DNA of 63,836 nucleotides, counting the filler, from Gonapodya sp. JEL0774 (taxonomy: Eukaryota): the NCBI GenBank assembly GCA_027604505.1. It is 3 parts of 3 records of this genome, joined end to end, with 100 filler letters (N's around TTAATTAATTAA, not from the genome) between each part and the next. Parts side by side here need not be neighbours in the genome. Positions count along the whole stretch, not along the records: positions 51,192 to 63,836 come from JADIIX010000338.1; 2 more parts are not named here. One strand, written 5' to 3'. Below are positions 61,919 to 63,836 of this stretch, piece after piece (positions within the stretch are counted from its first letter, which is position 1; the number at the start of each line of letters is the position of its first letter). Below the pieces are notes generated by a model. It was given only the letters and a program-made list of their open reading frames with translations. It did not search any database and was not told the origin of the DNA. The position numbers and the translations under genes were made by a program.

Positions 61919-62438
61919 TGTCAATCAGTGATTACGCGCTGAGTCGCGGAGGAAGTGCAGAACCTGTTTGGGGAAACTCGAAGGGAGCAAAGAAGAGCGT
62001 TCAACCTGCAGGCACTTATATGGCTCGTGGACAGGGACGAAACAGAATATGTGCTCGATTACCTTCGAGGACTGTATTTGGTTCTTATTTTGCAAACTGA
62101 ATCCTAATCTAACGAGTGAGATGAGTGCTTTTATCTACGTGTTTTGTGGCTAAGCAGCTGCGCAGCGCAGCAGCGTCCTCCCGCTAAGTGCGCAGCAGAG
62201 GAGAGTCTGATGCATTTCTTGCGTCCATCTAATCTATTTTCTATGTGCTTCTATTGTTGTTTGTCTGCCTGAACGGTGACGCCAGGTTTGACTGTTTCCT
62301 TCTTGCATTGAACGTTGGGGAACCCCGATTGTTTATATTGCGCAGTCCATATTCTTCAATCCCTTTCGTCCATCTTTTGCACGGATCAAATGAGAAATAA
62401 TTGTTTTCAAGATCCGAGTACACTCTTAGAGAATCACA
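61919..62438 (-). repeat. 5' LTR of the Gypsy element
   Basis: TGTGA...TGACA on the - strand, with TATAAA at 62337-62332. The inner boundary could extend further because the partner LTR runs into a gap. Confidence 0.9.
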
Positions 62439-62715
62439 GGCGATCGCATCCATCCACCATAGTGCCATGATAACAAAATGCCTGGACTACAGAGTGTGGT
62501 CATCTTTTCTTCACTTCCAAGTGGTCCGACTGCATTACCGACAGCCATTGCAATACACCACCAACCCCTGGGAACAGCAATTGAACGGCAGTACAAATGG
62601 AAAAGTTAGTTCTTGGCATCGATTGCATTAGGCAGTGGCACATTCGCGTTCAAAACTGATCAAACAATACATAAAATAATGCTGATAAAGGTACGGTATG
62701 GGCAAAGGGTATGGT

Positions 62716-63836
62716 CTATCTCACGAGCCTTTGCATGCGATAAACTGTAGTGAGAAAAGATACGAAGATGGTGCTCAGCTCCAAGTATGTGGCCGTCGGT
62801 GCCAACGTAAAGAAATCAAGCTTACCTTCCTCTGGTGTGTAACGAAGTATCATTCCAATCACTGGGATAAGATTTCTCTGTCAACGCGAAAGAAAAGACT
62901 GAGCGGTCCGGGCGAATGTTCGTGACTAGTGTCCCAGCCTTCACTCACCCGGACATCCTTTTTCTCGACAAACTGCAGTAGAACTTGCTTCAGATAGTCC
63001 ACATTCACTTCATCTGGTCCCGACAGGCTGGACATAGGGCCACCGGTTTGCCTACTGGGACTATTCATGGCACCAAAAGAAAGTCGTGGTTGATGTGTGT
63101 TGGGAGAGTGACGTGAGTCAGATCCGACTGGTTGCGAAGACAAGGTGGCCTGTCGGAAAGTGTCAATATGGGGAGGTGGAGAGCGAGAAGGTCCGCCGAG
63201 AGGACGAGATGGAGGAAGGGAACTCGAGAGCATTGACGCAAGAGCCTCCTCCGAGGTGGATCGTGGGCGTTCTTTGGCAGAGGCCGCTGCACTTGAGCGG
63301 TCAACGCTTCGAGGAAGATCTGCAGATGCACGTCGAGATATTGGCGATACTGGAGATGTCATGGAGCGAGACAAGCTCGGACTGGCCGCAGGAGACATGA
63401 TGGGGTCAACTCCCCCAAGTTTTCGGTGAAGTTTGCGAATTTCGTCTTTCAGCGTCTGAAGGTGGTGTTTTAGTTGATCTCTCCGGCCTATTATGCGGGT
63501 ATATCACTTACTTTGTTGACAGCTTTATAGTGCCCCTCACGCACTTTGAAATCTTCGGAGAGCTTCTCACTTTGAGATCGAAGATGTTTAGAAGATTCCT
63601 CCGCTGAAGTGAGCCGGTCAGCAAGTTCTACCGTCGAGGCCTAAGGGGCATGCAAGGGGAACCAACAATCAGCAAGGGCATTCGCGAAGCAAACTTGCAA
63701 AAAACCATACTTCTTTGCTCGCGAGCAGATCGAGTAATTCCTTTTCCGTCTCATTGGACTGCGCCACTCTTCTTTTCAGGTCCACAATATCTCTACTTGC
63801 AGCTTCGATTTTGCCTTTCTCCTCCTCTAATGTTCG
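62716..63836 (-). CDS. IMH1: GRIP-domain golgin (Imh1-like), 3' part only
   Basis: Coiled-coil exons lead to the spliced NVDYLKQVLLQFVEKKDVR/RNLIPVIGMILRYTPEE/VYRMQRLVR*, a GRIP signature. Confidence 0.85.

Larger units (their letters stand above)
51192..62438 (-). mobile_element. Near-intact young Ty3/Gypsy LTR retrotransposon (~11.2 kb)
   Basis: Two ~520-bp LTRs, with only 3 substitutions seen by eye, flank Gag-PR-insert-RT-RH-IN (Gypsy order) and an extra 3' ORF. The TSD cannot be checked because the left end lies in a gap. Confidence 0.95.

Overview
Intron-containing eukaryotic DNA, most consistent with an early-diverging, flagellated (zoosporic) fungus. This is an inference from short GT-AG introns, a HYLS1-like centriole gene, an HROB-like gene and a full-length animal-type NBAS. 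The 3-43 kb region is gene-dense. It holds a secreted Cys-rich repeat protein, a D-2-hydroxyacid dehydrogenase, a four-domain RNA end-processing protein (2H phosphoesterase + EEP + poly(A)-polymerase-type NTase + MJ1316), two F-box-like genes, an S1 protease, a PAN-like/TM/SH3 receptor-like protein, Mix23, HYLS1 and HROB head-to-head, and UCH37 and NBAS head-to-head. The 43-51 kb region is a CpG-depleted nest of decayed transposons (Harbinger, piggyBac, copia, solo LTRs). The 51.2-62.4 kb region is a young ~11.2-kb Ty3/Gypsy element with an unusual build: a ~950-aa insert between protease and RT carrying two diverged copies of the RT thumb module, a PHD finger at the integrase C-terminus, an extra coiled-coil ORF in the env position, and no canonical tRNA primer site abutting the apparent LTR end. 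The window ends in the 3' part of a GRIP-domain golgin (IMH1-like). All family calls come from motif recognition by eye; no searches were run.
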